The translations under genes were made by a program, and so were the position numbers. A stretch of DNA of 64,000 nt from an uncultured Chloroflexia bacterium (GTDB lineage Bacteria > Chloroflexota > Limnocylindria > QHBO01): NCBI GenBank assembly GCA_963814375.1, contig CAWFCQ010000001.1, forward strand, positions 1-64,000, in the 5' to 3' direction. The notes beneath the pieces were generated by a model, which saw only the letters and a list, made by a program, of their open reading frames with translations, searched no databases and had not been told where the DNA came from. Positions 37,566 through 47,516 of the stretch are shown here, one piece after another. How positions within the stretch are numbered: the first letter of the stretch is position 1; each line of letters opens with the position of its first letter.

Positions 37566-38438
37566 ATGGACGACTTTCCGCTGCCCGGCATGGGTGCCAT
37601 GGCCCTCGCCGCCCCGGCACCTGGCACGGGCGAGGGTTGGTGGGCCGGCTCGTCCAGCGCCGCCCAGGACGAGGACGGCTCGTTCGTTATCGCCTATCGC
37701 GTTCGGACCGGTCACGCCGGCCGCGGCTCGACGGTCGTCGCCCGCTCCCCGGACGGCGAGCACCTCACGACCGTGGCTCACCTCGACCAGGCTCGGTTCA
37801 ATGCCGCCTCCATGGAGCGCCCCGCCATCGTCAGGACCGATGACGGACGCTGGCGGCTCTACGTCTGCTCCGCATCCCGGCCGCCGAGCAAGCACTGGTG
37901 GATCGACCTGCTCGAGGCCGATGATCCGGCCGGCTTCGCCACGGCCGAGGCTCGGACCGTCTTTCCGGGCGACGAGCGGACCGGCGTGAAGGACCCGATC
38001 GTGCGCCGCACCCCGGACGGGGGATGGGAGGCGTGGATCTGCTGCCATCCCCTCGACGTGGCGGACGAGGAGGACCGCATGACGACTGCGTACGCCACAT
38101 CGCCTGACGGCATCGCGTGGCAGGTGCACGGCACCGCTCTCGCACCGCGCGATGGCACGTGGGACCAGCGCGGCGCGCGCCTCACCGTCGTTCTGCCCGA
38201 CGGTCGTGCCGCGTACGACGGCCGCGCCTCGAAGGAGGAGAACTGGTTCGAGCGGACCGGTCTGGCGCGGCTGACGGGGGAGCGGCCGGGCGCCTTCGAG
38301 CAGATCGGCGACGATGCGGTGCGTGACGTTCGCTACCTCGACGTCCTGCCGCTGCCGGGTGGCGGGTATCGGATCTGGTACGAGGCGCGCCTCCCCGACG
38401 AGAGCCACGAGCTACGCACCGAGCTCATCCCAGGGTGA
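37566..38438 (+). CDS. Beta-propeller glycoside-hydrolase-like hypothetical protein
   Basis: SMERPAIV, WRLYV, VKDP, YATSPDGIAW, GTWDQRGAR, RYLD. Confidence 0.65.
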   Translation: MDDFPLPGMGAMALAAPAPGTGEGWWAGSSSAAQDEDGSFVIAYRVRTGHAGRGSTVVARSPDGEHLTTVAHLDQARFNAASMERPAIVRTDDGRWRLYVCSASRPPSKHWWIDLLEADDPAGFATAEARTVFPGDERTGVKDPIVRRTPDGGWEAWICCHPLDVADEEDRMTTAYATSPDGIAWQVHGTALAPRDGTWDQRGARLTVVLPDGRAAYDGRASKEENWFERTGLARLTGERPGAFEQIGDDAVRDVRYLDVLPLPGGGYRIWYEARLPDESHELRTELIPG

Positions 38439-39390
38439 CGACCACCTTGCCCCGCACGCCGCCCGCTTCGACGTAGCGCACCGCCTCCGGGATCTTCTCG
38501 AAGGGAAAGGTGCGGTCGATGACCGGGGTGATCTTGCCCGCCTCGAGGAGCTCCTTGAGGATGAAGAGATCGTCGCGGCTCACATGCGAGAGGAAGGGCA
38601 GGACCTTCTTGCTCGAGAAGCGGGATGACACCGCGGCACGGGCGATCCGGCCCAGGAATCCAACCCACTCGCCCGCCCCCGGAGCGACCATGACGACCGT
38701 GCCGGTGGGGGAGAGCACGCGGCGCAGGGCCGAGAGGGAGTGGTTGCCTCCGACGTCGAGGATCAGGTCGTACCGCTCGCTGCCGCGCGTGAAGTCCTCC
38801 GCCGTGTAGTCGATGACATGATCGGCGCCGATCGACCGCACGATGTCGACGGTCCGGGTGTTGGTTACCCCGGTCACCTCGGCGCCGAGTGCCTTGGCGA
38901 TCTGGACGGCGAAGGTGCCGACGCCACCGCCCGCCCCATTGATGAGAACGCGCTGACCGGCCTCGAGCCGGCCCTTGTCGCGAAGGCCCTGGAGCGCCGT
39001 CTGTCCCGCGACCGAGACCGCGGCGGCCTGCTCGAAGCTGAGCCTCTCGGGCATCGGCACGACGTTCTTGCCGACGATGTACTCCGCGAACGCGCCCGAG
39101 CGCGAGCCGAAGACGCGGTCGCCGGGCTCGAGATCCGTCACCTTCGCGCCGACGGCCTCGACCGTGCCGGCGACGTCGATGCCGAGCACGGAGTTCTTCG
39201 GCCGGCGTAAGCCCTCGTCCATGCGCGTGATGTAGGGCTTGCCTCGGAGCATGTGCCAGTCGTGCGCGTTGATGGAAGTGGCATGGACCCGGACCAGCGC
39301 GGCATCCTCGGCCAGGGCCGGCTTGTCGATCTCGGCGAGGCGCATCACATCCGGTGAGCCGTATCGGTCTCTGACGATCGCTTTCATCAT
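38425..39390 (-). CDS. NAD(P)-dependent MDR-family oxidoreductase
   Basis: MKAIVRDRYGSPDV, INGAGGGVG, PVIDRTF, GKVVV. Confidence 0.9.
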   Translation of the reverse strand: MMKAIVRDRYGSPDVMRLAEIDKPALAEDAALVRVHATSINAHDWHMLRGKPYITRMDEGLRRPKNSVLGIDVAGTVEAVGAKVTDLEPGDRVFGSRSGAFAEYIVGKNVVPMPERLSFEQAAAVSVAGQTALQGLRDKGRLEAGQRVLINGAGGGVGTFAVQIAKALGAEVTGVTNTRTVDIVRSIGADHVIDYTAEDFTRGSERYDLILDVGGNHSLSALRRVLSPTGTVVMVAPGAGEWVGFLGRIARAAVSSRFSSKKVLPFLSHVSRDDLFILKELLEAGKITPVIDRTFPFEKIPEAVRYVEAGGVRGKVVVTLG

Positions 39391-39395
39391 TCTTT

Positions 39396-39451
39396 CGTAC
39401 GCTGTAAGATTGGGTGACGCCAAGTTACGTCTTACAGCGTAAGATTGTCAA
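39396..39451. promoter_or_regulatory. TetR operators and promoter for the MDR gene
   Basis: CGTACgctGTAAG 39396-39408, CTTACagcGTAAG 39431-39443; minus-strand TTGACA (39446-39451) N18 TAACTT. Confidence 0.75.
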
Positions 39452-39477
39452 GCCCCACGTGCAGGAGCCGAAGGAAG

Positions 39478-40146
39478 ATGGCGAACCAGGCCACGACGCT
39501 CGACGAGCCACGCGTGCCGATGAGCCGCGAGCGTGTGCTGCGCACGGCCATCGACCTCGCCGATGCCGGCGGCCTCGAGTCGCTGACGATGCGCCGGCTG
39601 GCGCAGGAGCTCGGGGTGGAGGCGATGACGCTGTACTACTACGTCGCCAACAAGGACGAGATCCTCAAGGGCATTGCCGACCTCGTCGAGGGGGAGATCG
39701 AGCTGCCCGCCCCCGACGACGACTGGAAGTCCGCACTGCGCCGCACGGCGATCTCGGCCTACGAGATCCTCATCCGCCATCCGTGGTCCGCCGGCCTGAT
39801 CCTCTCCGCCGGCGGAGTGGGCACGGCTCGCCTGGCCTACATGGAGGCGATCCTCGGCAGCCTCCGACGAGCCGGCTTCTCGGAGGGCCTGACCGATCAC
39901 GGCTATCACGCGATCGAGAGCCACATCATGGGCTTCACCCTGTGGGAGGTGGCAATGAACATCGGCACCCAGGAGAACCTGGCGGCGGCCGCTTCCGAGT
40001 TCCTCGCGCAGATGCCCCGCGAGGAATATCCCCATATCGCCGAGCACATCGAGTGGCATCTCGCGCCGCGCCCGACGGGCGACGAGGGCGCCTTTGTCTT
40101 CGGCCTCGACCTGATCCTCGACGGTCTAGAACGAATGCGCACCTGA
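39478..40146 (+). CDS. TetR family regulator (TetR_C type)
   Basis: LTMRRLAQELGVEAMTLYYYV, FVFGLDLILDGLE. Confidence 0.92.
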   Translation: MANQATTLDEPRVPMSRERVLRTAIDLADAGGLESLTMRRLAQELGVEAMTLYYYVANKDEILKGIADLVEGEIELPAPDDDWKSALRRTAISAYEILIRHPWSAGLILSAGGVGTARLAYMEAILGSLRRAGFSEGLTDHGYHAIESHIMGFTLWEVAMNIGTQENLAAAASEFLAQMPREEYPHIAEHIEWHLAPRPTGDEGAFVFGLDLILDGLERMRT

Positions 40147-40205
40147 TCTGCCGCTCGATCGCCCGAAGGGCGAGCGTTGGCCCGCTTCCTGCTTGTGCGC
40201 TCGGG

Positions 40206-40724
40206 ATGCGTTACGTGATGTTGGGGGTAGTTCTCCTTCTCTCGACCGCGGCGCCGGTGCGCGCGGACACCGGTCTGACCGGCGCGGTCGCGTCGGCCTT
40301 CTTCGCTCGGACCGCGGACGCCGGGCTGCACGAGATCGCGCATCAGCGCGTCGCCGAGCTCAGCGCCTGCGACTGTCTCGAGCATGACCGCATGCGCGCC
40401 GGGACGGCCGAGGTGCTCGGCTGGAACGATGGGGCGCCGAATCCCGTTGCTTCCGTGGTCGGCCAGTGGATCGGAAGCCCGGGCCACAGCGCGATCCTGG
40501 CGAACCAGACGTACGGGCGAATCGGCTGCGCCGAGCTCGTCGACGGCGGGACTCACTGGTTCGCCTGCGTGCTCGCGCCCGGACCACTGCCAGCGCGACC
40601 CGCGCCTGCCGCACGGGCCGTGCAGGGCGCCGCGCCGGTCGTGGCCCTGCCCGACACCGCCATGCCTGCTGTGGATTCGAGCGATGGCGGATCGACCGTC
40701 CGGGAGCGTCAGCGCCCCCTGTAG
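40206..40724 (+). CDS. Secreted CAP/SCP-like domain protein
   Basis: Signal peptide; AEVLGW, WIGSPGH..IL, IGCA; LPDTA-like motif near the C-terminus. Confidence 0.65.
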   Translation: MRYVMLGVVLLLSTAAPVRADTGLTGAVASAFFARTADAGLHEIAHQRVAELSACDCLEHDRMRAGTAEVLGWNDGAPNPVASVVGQWIGSPGHSAILANQTYGRIGCAELVDGGTHWFACVLAPGPLPARPAPAARAVQGAAPVVALPDTAMPAVDSSDGGSTVRERQRPL

Positions 40725-40727
40725 AGG

Positions 40728-40961
40728 TCAGCCCTCCTCGGTCGACATCGGCGTGTTCGCAATGCGCTCCACGACATCCGGCGCCAGCCCGGTCTCTTCG
40801 GCGAGCATGTCGACCCAGGACCGGCCCGATCGGCGCGCTGCATCCTCGATGTCGGTGGCGCCGGGCGTCTTCTCGAGGATGCGTCCTATTCCCTCGAGGA
40901 CCTGCATCTGGAGATCGAGCTCCTCCTTCTCCTTGATGAGGTCACTCAGGCTCTCTTCCAC
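40728..40961 (-). CDS. Small hypothetical protein
   Basis: GGAGGA RBS before GTG; acidic helical 77 aa. Confidence 0.6.
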   Translation of the reverse strand: MEESLSDLIKEKEELDLQMQVLEGIGRILEKTPGATDIEDAARRSGRSWVDMLAEETGLAPDVVERIANTPMSTEEG

Positions 40962-41089
40962 GGTGTTTCCTCCCCGGGCCTATGGCTTGAGTCGCGCCCC
41001 TGCATCAGGTCCAGTCGGACGGTCGAACCGAGATCGTACGCCGCCGCCCCGGCGAGTTAGCGGCCACCCTGAGGGTCGGACCGAGGGCC

Positions 41090-41176
41090 CTAGTTCGCTT
41101 TGGCCTCGGGCTTTGCCGCGCCCTTCTTCTTTTTCTTCTTTTCCTTGCTCTTCGAGCCGGGGCCCTTGTCACCCAT
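41090..41176 (-). CDS. Lys-rich 28-aa small protein (MGDKGPGSKSKEKKKKKKGAAKPEAKAN)
   Basis: ATG 41176, TAG 41090-41092, AGGTG RBS; below the ORF-track cutoff. Confidence 0.6.
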   Translation of the reverse strand: MGDKGPGSKSKEKKKKKKGAAKPEAKAN

Positions 41177-41267
41177 GTCGCACCTATGCTTCAACGATTG
41201 GACCTTGTCCCGCCCAAGGCAGGCCGTCTCGTAATCGTGCGCCGCCGAGTCAACCCGATGTCCGTGC

Positions 41268-42308
41268 TCAGGCGGCCACGCTCAGCACGACCTTGCCGGC
41301 GACCTGACCCGATTCAAGGTGGCGCATCGCATCGGCCGCTTCGGCCAGCGGGAAGACGCTGTCGATGACCGGCGTGACCTTGCCCGTCTCGATCAGCTCA
41401 TTGAGCGCGGCCAAGTCCTCCCCGCGTTCCGCGGCCGCGAGCATCTTCAGGTTCTGGCGGACGAACGGTGACAGCCCCATCGCCCGGAAGTGGCGGTCGA
41501 AGCCACCCAGCCAGCGGTCGCCGCCCTCGCCACCGATGAGGACGAGCGTCCCGTCCGGCTTCAGCGCCTTGCGGATGCGGCGCAGCGGCCGGCGGCCGGC
41601 GGTGTCGATGATCACGTCCCACTGCCTCCCGAGCCGGGTGAGGTCGTCCCGGCCGGTGTCGATGACATCGACCGCGCCGAGCGATCGGACGAGATCGTGC
41701 TTCGCGGCGCGTGCGGCGCCAGTCACCGTGCCGCCGAATGCGCTGGCGATCTGAACGGCGTACGAGCCGACCCCGCCACCCGCCCCGGTGACGAGCACCG
41801 ACGTGCCCGGGCGGACCTTGCCCGAGTCGCGCACCGCCTGGATGGCGGTCATGCCGGAGATCCCGACGGTGGCCGCCTGCTCGAAGGTGAGCCGCGATGG
41901 CTTCGGCAGGAGGTCGGTCGCGCTGGCCGCCGCGTACTCCGCGAACGCGCTGCGTCCCCAGCCGTACACCTCGTCGCCCGGCTGCAGCGTCGTCACGCCG
42001 GCACCGACAGCCTCGACGGTCCCGGCCAGATCTTGGCCGCGCACCGCGACCTTGGGCCGTCGGAGGCCGTAGCCCATGACCCGCACCAGGTACGGATGCC
42101 CGGTCATGAGGTGCCAGTCCCCCCGGGCGATGCCGGCTGCGTGCACCCGGACCAGGACCTCGTCCTCTGCGATGGACGGACGGGCGACCTCGGCGAGGTG
42201 GAGGACATCCGCCCCGCCGTACTGGTCGTGAACGATGGCCTGCATGGTGGCCTCGCGCACGGTCGTCTTCGCCGCGCTCGAGGTGGTGACGGGTGCCTGG
42301 GCTGACAT
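41268..42308 (-). CDS. NAD(P)-dependent MDR-family oxidoreductase
   Basis: MQAIVHDQYGGADV, TGAGGGVG, PVIDSVF, GKVVL; GAGGA RBS. Confidence 0.9.
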   Translation of the reverse strand: MSAQAPVTTSSAAKTTVREATMQAIVHDQYGGADVLHLAEVARPSIAEDEVLVRVHAAGIARGDWHLMTGHPYLVRVMGYGLRRPKVAVRGQDLAGTVEAVGAGVTTLQPGDEVYGWGRSAFAEYAAASATDLLPKPSRLTFEQAATVGISGMTAIQAVRDSGKVRPGTSVLVTGAGGGVGSYAVQIASAFGGTVTGAARAAKHDLVRSLGAVDVIDTGRDDLTRLGRQWDVIIDTAGRRPLRRIRKALKPDGTLVLIGGEGGDRWLGGFDRHFRAMGLSPFVRQNLKMLAAAERGEDLAALNELIETGKVTPVIDSVFPLAEAADAMRHLESGQVAGKVVLSVAA

Positions 42309-42334
42309 CGGGCTTTCCTCCTGGTGAATCCGGA

Positions 42335-42418
42335 CGTACAATGTAAGCGTACGCCGTAAGCTAGGGCGTACGCCGTAAGTTTGTCAAGTGCTTTCCGAAA
42401 GATGGCTTACCCTGTACG
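42335..42418. promoter_or_regulatory. Four TetR operators and promoter
   Basis: CGTACaatGTAAG 42335, CGTACgccGTAAG 42348 and 42367, CTTACcctGTACG 42406; minus-strand TTGACA (42382-42387) N18 TAGCTT. Confidence 0.8.
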
Positions 42419-42441
42419 TCGGACCGAGCGAGGATGAGTCG

Positions 42442-43119
42442 ATGGCCATCGCAACCACCACCGCGACCGAGGCGCGCCTGCCGCTGACGCGGGAGCGCGT
42501 GCTTCGCGCCGCCGTCGATCTCGCCGACAGGGAGGGGATCGGCGCGGTCAGCATGCGGAAGGTCGCGGCGGAGCTCGGAGTGGAGGCGATGTCCCTCTAC
42601 AACCACGTGGCCAACAAGGAAGACGTCCTCGACGGCATGGTCGACATCGTCGTCGGCGAAATCGATCCGGCTGCCGAGGGCGCGGATTGGAAGACGGCCA
42701 TTCGCGGGCGCATCCTATCGGCGCGTGAGGCCCTGCTGCGCCACCCATGGGCATCGGCGGTGATGGCGTCGCGGGTGAACATGACCGGCACGGTGATGCG
42801 CTACATGGAATCGACGATGGCGCTCCTGCGCCAGGGCGGCTTCTCGGTCGACCTCACCCATCACGCGATCCACGTGCTGGGGAGCCGGATCTTCGGGTTC
42901 GCCCAGGAGCTCTACCCGGACTCCGAGGCGCTCGCCGAGAGTCCCAGCATCGCCATGATCGAGCAGATGGCGGCGGAGTTCCCGACCCTGGCCGAGCTGG
43001 CGGGCCAGGTCACGCACGAGGGAGCCACGGTCGGCATCGGCTGCGACAGCCAGCTCGAGTTCGAGTTCGGGCTCGACATCATGCTCGACGGCCTGGATCG
43101 GATGCGCGCCGGAGCCTAG
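42442..43119 (+). CDS. TetR family regulator (TetR_C type)
   Basis: SMRKVAAELGVEAMSLYNHV, FEFGLDIMLDGLD. Confidence 0.92.
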   Translation: MAIATTTATEARLPLTRERVLRAAVDLADREGIGAVSMRKVAAELGVEAMSLYNHVANKEDVLDGMVDIVVGEIDPAAEGADWKTAIRGRILSAREALLRHPWASAVMASRVNMTGTVMRYMESTMALLRQGGFSVDLTHHAIHVLGSRIFGFAQELYPDSEALAESPSIAMIEQMAAEFPTLAELAGQVTHEGATVGIGCDSQLEFEFGLDIMLDGLDRMRAGA

Positions 43120-43137
43120 CGGTCGCTGGCTACGCCT

Positions 43138-44064
43138 TCAGGCGGCCAGGTCGGACTCACGCACGGGACCGCCCTCCTCCGCGCCTCCGAAGGCGCCGAT
43201 GTAGACGCCGGCCAGCATGATCGCGCCACCGACGAGCAGCGCCGGCGTCAGCTCCTCCCCGGTGAGGATGGCGGAGTAGACGAGCGTCACCAGCGGCTGG
43301 AGGAGCAGGACGTACGAGACCGCGGAGGCGGTCCATCGGCCGAGCAGGAACACGTACAGGCCGAAGACGCCCAGCGAGCCACCGATGACGAGGAAAGCCA
43401 TCGCCACCCAGGTGTCGGACTGGCTCGGCGCCTGCCATGCGTCGCCGGCCAGGGCCGAGAGCACGAGGAGCAGCGCTCCGCCGGTCAGCATGCCCACCGC
43501 GTTGCTCGCGATCGGGTGGGATCGCGGGGTGAGCTTCAGCACCACGCCGGACTCTGCCAGGAAGGCGGCGCCCGCCATCACGGCGAGCAGCGAGGCCAGC
43601 GGGACGTCAGCGTCGATCCGGTCGCTTACCAGGAACACGAGCCCGCCCAACGCGATGACCATGCCGAGGAGGGCGCGAAGGCTGAACCGCTCCAGCCCGT
43701 GAGCGACGGCGAAGAGGAGCGTGAACAGTGGGGCGAGGGCGATGATGACCTGGCCCGTTCCCGGCGGTGTTTCCTGGAACCCCCAGAAGAGGAAGGAGAA
43801 GGCGGCGAAGAAGCCGAGCACGCCATAGATCAGCGATCCGACCAGGGCGCGGCCGTGCGGGATCGGGACACGGAGGACGGCCATGATCAGGGCGAACAGC
43901 GCCCCGGCCGTGATGAAGCGCGCCGCCGCCGCCCATAGCGGGTCGAGGTCGTCCACCGCCACCGCGACCCCCACCGGGTTCCCGCCGCCGATCAGCGCGA
44001 TGAGCACGAAGACGACCGCGTTGATGCGCTGGTCTCCCGAGGCGGCTCGGACTCGATTCACCAC
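43138..44064 (-). CDS. EamA/DMT family transporter
   Basis: About 10 TM helices in two repeats, AAARF, LLQPL...GEEL. Confidence 0.88.
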   Translation of the reverse strand: MVNRVRAASGDQRINAVVFVLIALIGGGNPVGVAVAVDDLDPLWAAAARFITAGALFALIMAVLRVPIPHGRALVGSLIYGVLGFFAAFSFLFWGFQETPPGTGQVIIALAPLFTLLFAVAHGLERFSLRALLGMVIALGGLVFLVSDRIDADVPLASLLAVMAGAAFLAESGVVLKLTPRSHPIASNAVGMLTGGALLLVLSALAGDAWQAPSQSDTWVAMAFLVIGGSLGVFGLYVFLLGRWTASAVSYVLLLQPLVTLVYSAILTGEELTPALLVGGAIMLAGVYIGAFGGAEEGGPVRESDLAA

Positions 44065-44189
44065 GAAGCTACGCTAGACCATCGAGGCGAACGGTCCGAG
44101 CGAGAGGTTGACACTTCCCGCTTCGGGCGCACGATGCTCATGTCCGTGGGTGCCCGGCGGACGATCGTTCAGATTGCTGTGCGGAGGGC

Positions 44190-45773
44190 ATGCGCGTGGC
44201 CACGACATCGGAGGCGACCCGAGCTGAGCTGCCGATCATCCTGATCCGGGGATTCGGTGGGCTGGGGGTGGACGACGAGAAGAAGCTGGCCTATTACGGC
44301 TTCAACGACGGAACCGTGTACCACCAGAAGAAGGGGGAGAACTACATCTACGAGGGCATGGTCCTCCGCTTCATGAAGTCGGCGTTTCGCTACCAGGACG
44401 CCACCAACGTCATCGGCTTCTACAACAAGCCCGGCGAGGAGCGGGCGATCGACCAGGAGTTGCTTGACGCCCAGTTCCCGACCGAGTTCTTCATCGGTGA
44501 CAAGATCGTCGTCGACCCGGCGATGGCGATCGCGCTGCGCAAGAACCCCGAGCCGAACCGCACGCTGTGGGTCTTCCGCTACTACGACCTCGACGACCGC
44601 AACTTCGAGCAGTACGGGTTGGCGCTCAAGCGCCTGATCGAGCTGGTTCGCGCCCTCGTCACCGCGAAGACCGGGGACCCGAGGCCGAAGGTCAACATCA
44701 TCGCCCACTCGATGGGCGGGCTCATCGTCCGCGAGGCGCTCCAGGTGGCCTACGCCCCCGGCGAGGCACCCGAGGCCGTCAACAAGGTCGTGACGCTCGG
44801 CACGCCGCACAAGGGGATCGCGTTCCAGCGGTTGACCAGCCTGAAGTGGCTACCCTTCCTCGAGGCCGGCAGCGAGATCGAGCGCTTCAACCCCGACAAG
44901 CAGGCCGATCCTGCCAATCCCGCGGGCTACCTGAACCTTGCCAAGGCCTTCCCATTGGATCGTCTGCTCACCGTCATCGGCACGAACTACCGGACCTTCG
45001 AGGTGGCGCCGGCCACGTTCCTCAATCGGCTCTTCTCGGTCGACGGCGAGTTCGGGATGAACTACAACCGCAGCGACGGGCTGGTGAAGGTCGATCACGC
45101 CGAGATCCCGGGCGCGCCACGCGCCTTCGTGAACAAATGCCACGGGGGACCCGACTCGCTCATCACTTCGCGCGAGGCATTCGAGATCGCGACCCGCTTC
45201 TTCCACGGCGACATCCACGCCAACCTGCGCCTGGTCGACGCCGAGATCAGCAAGGGCGGCGACTTCCTCGGCAAGAGCGAGTACTTCATCGGCGTCTCGC
45301 TCAAGCCGAGGGGCGTCGACTTCGACCTCTTCCACCAGAGCAAGGAGGCCGAGAACTGCTACGGGCCGTTCCACAGCCACAAGCTCGATGATCCGGAGGT
45401 CCGTTTCGACTGGATCGGGGAGGACCGTAGCCGGCGGATGCTGTGGGAGGGCTGGCTCGACTCGGGGCAGCGGCCGGCCGGCACCGAGGACCTCGTCATG
45501 CGGCTCGAGGTGTACTGCGGCGAGCGCGACCTGTTCGGCATCGGCTTCAGCGACAACCTCATCTATCACGGTCACTGCTTCGTGCAGGCCACGCTCGAGG
45601 GTGGTCTGCGCCTCGCGAAGCACACCACCGAGCGCTTCACCGATGCCGGCCAGGCGCTCGAGCAGACCGATGACCAGACCTGGCTGCTGCCGATCCAGGA
45701 CGAGGGCTTCAAGGCGACCTTCGGCATCCAGCTCAGCTTCGTCCCGGACGAGGGCGCCACGACCCTCGTTTAG
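44190..45773 (+). CDS. Alpha/beta hydrolase (lipase/PGAP1-like) with unknown C-terminal domain
   Basis: IRGFGG, IIAHSMGG nucleophile elbow, TLGTPHKG, SDGLV, CHGG. Confidence 0.75.
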   Translation: MRVATTSEATRAELPIILIRGFGGLGVDDEKKLAYYGFNDGTVYHQKKGENYIYEGMVLRFMKSAFRYQDATNVIGFYNKPGEERAIDQELLDAQFPTEFFIGDKIVVDPAMAIALRKNPEPNRTLWVFRYYDLDDRNFEQYGLALKRLIELVRALVTAKTGDPRPKVNIIAHSMGGLIVREALQVAYAPGEAPEAVNKVVTLGTPHKGIAFQRLTSLKWLPFLEAGSEIERFNPDKQADPANPAGYLNLAKAFPLDRLLTVIGTNYRTFEVAPATFLNRLFSVDGEFGMNYNRSDGLVKVDHAEIPGAPRAFVNKCHGGPDSLITSREAFEIATRFFHGDIHANLRLVDAEISKGGDFLGKSEYFIGVSLKPRGVDFDLFHQSKEAENCYGPFHSHKLDDPEVRFDWIGEDRSRRMLWEGWLDSGQRPAGTEDLVMRLEVYCGERDLFGIGFSDNLIYHGHCFVQATLEGGLRLAKHTTERFTDAGQALEQTDDQTWLLPIQDEGFKATFGIQLSFVPDEGATTLV

Positions 45774-45793
45774 CCGCCGACGCGGGCTCGGCG

Positions 45794-46201
45794 TCAGAAG
45801 TCGCGACGGCCGGCGAAGTGGTCACCGACCTCCGGTCGGCTCAGCTGGTAGATCGCGATTCGATGGCCGCCGGGCGTGGTGAACGAGCAGACTGGACCGT
45901 GCGGGATCTCGAGGCGGTGCCCGCGCTTCCAGCCCCGAGATTCGAGCTCGGTAATCGCGTCCTCGATGTCCGCGACGCGGTAGACGAGCACCGGCTGCTC
46001 GCCTTGGAGGTGCCCGGCCAGCAGGATGCGGGGTGGGGCATCGGTCAGCTCGACCATGGCGACGCGCGTGCCCATGCCGTCGACCGCGAACACGAGCCGC
46101 GCGCCGAGGGTCTCGGTGAAGTAGCGGACGTCCTCCGCGACATCCCGGCTGGGTGTGTAGATGAAGTCGAGCTGCTCGAGCGGTCCCCGGCGGTCGTCCA
46201 T
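45794..46201 (-). CDS. VOC/glyoxalase family protein
   Basis: DFIY.PSRD..EDVRYF..LG, YRVADI, PGGHRIAI. Confidence 0.78.
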   Translation of the reverse strand: MDDRRGPLEQLDFIYTPSRDVAEDVRYFTETLGARLVFAVDGMGTRVAMVELTDAPPRILLAGHLQGEQPVLVYRVADIEDAITELESRGWKRGHRLEIPHGPVCSFTTPGGHRIAIYQLSRPEVGDHFAGRRDF

Positions 46202-46204
46202 CGG

Positions 46205-47389
46205 CTAGGTCCGGCGGGCGGCCTCCATCGCGGATGCGAACCGACCGATGCCGGCGTCGACCATCTCGTCCGAGGCAGTCAGGCTGATCCTGAACCAGCC
46301 GGGGACCTCGACCACGGTGCCGGGCAGGACGAGGACCTTGTGCTCGGCCAGGATCTCGGCGAAGGCGAAGTCATCGGCGATCGGCGAGCGGGCCATGGTG
46401 TAGAAGGTGCCCTCCGGCATCGACGCCTCGTAGCCCATCTCGCGCAGGGCCGGCACCAGGCGATCGCGTCGCCGCTCGAGCGCGCCGACGTCGATGCTCA
46501 GCTTCTCGAGATCGTGGAGCGAGTGCTGGAGCAGCGCGTTCGGGAAGGCGTAGCCGGTGGCGACCTGCTGGATCAGGACCTCTTCGCGGAGCGCCTCGCG
46601 ATCCGGCGCCGTCGGCGGGACGGTCAGGTAGCCGATGCGCTGGCCCGGCGCCAGCAGGGTCTTGCCGTAGGAGTAGGTCACGATCGTGTGCGGGTGGAAC
46701 TCCGCCGGGCTGTGGAACTCGAGACCGTCGAACACGATCCGGTTGTACGGCTCGTCGCTGATGATCCAGATCGGATGACCGATGCGCGCCTCGGCATCGG
46801 CCAGCAGCGTGGCCAGGGCCGCGAGCGCCTCCGCCGGGTAGACGCGGCCGGACGGGTTGTGCGGGCTGTTGACGAGGACCGCCCTGGTGCGCGGTCCGAT
46901 CGCTGCGCCGATGCGGTCGAGATCGAGGTCGAAGGCGGGTGGCTCGAGCTTGACGCGCACCGGCTCGCCGCCGGCTGCCAGGGTCAGCAGCTCGTAGAAG
47001 AACCAGGGCGGCGAGAGGAAGATCAGCTCGTCGCCGGGATCGAGGATCGTCCGCATCGCGACGGCGATCGCCGCGAAGCCGCCGTTCGTCATCGCCACGT
47101 CGCGAGGGTCCCAGTCCATGCCGGTCCGGGCGGTCAGCGTATCGGCCACGATCCGCTGCGACTCCGGCTCGCTGAGCTTGTAGGCGAACCAGTCCTTGTT
47201 CTGCGGCTCGAGGTTGTTGCGCAGCGCCGCAACGTAGTCCGGGAGCGGCATCTCCTGCGGGTTGCCGACCGCGAAGTTGGCGATGCCCGGCTCGGTGTTG
47301 AGGCGGCTGAATGCTCCGGTGAAGAACGACAGGAAGGGCACCATGCTCTGGTGCAGCCGCTCTCGCTGGGTGGCGGCGACGGTTGTCAT
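46205..47389 (-). CDS. Class I/II PLP-dependent aminotransferase
   Basis: NSPHNPSG, SDEPY, SYGKTLLAPGQRIG, FRIS; GAGGAG RBS. Confidence 0.9.
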   Translation of the reverse strand: MTTVAATQRERLHQSMVPFLSFFTGAFSRLNTEPGIANFAVGNPQEMPLPDYVAALRNNLEPQNKDWFAYKLSEPESQRIVADTLTARTGMDWDPRDVAMTNGGFAAIAVAMRTILDPGDELIFLSPPWFFYELLTLAAGGEPVRVKLEPPAFDLDLDRIGAAIGPRTRAVLVNSPHNPSGRVYPAEALAALATLLADAEARIGHPIWIISDEPYNRIVFDGLEFHSPAEFHPHTIVTYSYGKTLLAPGQRIGYLTVPPTAPDREALREEVLIQQVATGYAFPNALLQHSLHDLEKLSIDVGALERRRDRLVPALREMGYEASMPEGTFYTMARSPIADDFAFAEILAEHKVLVLPGTVVEVPGWFRISLTASDEMVDAGIGRFASAMEAARRT

Positions 47390-47516
47390 CTCGGCTCCTC
47401 GGCGGGTTCGGCCAAGCATCGGGCCGAATACGCGCGGCCGCATCGGCCGAATGTCGCACTCCGCCTTGCGCGCGCCCCGGAGAATGGGGATCGGAGTGCG
47501 TGTCGGAGGGCGAGCA

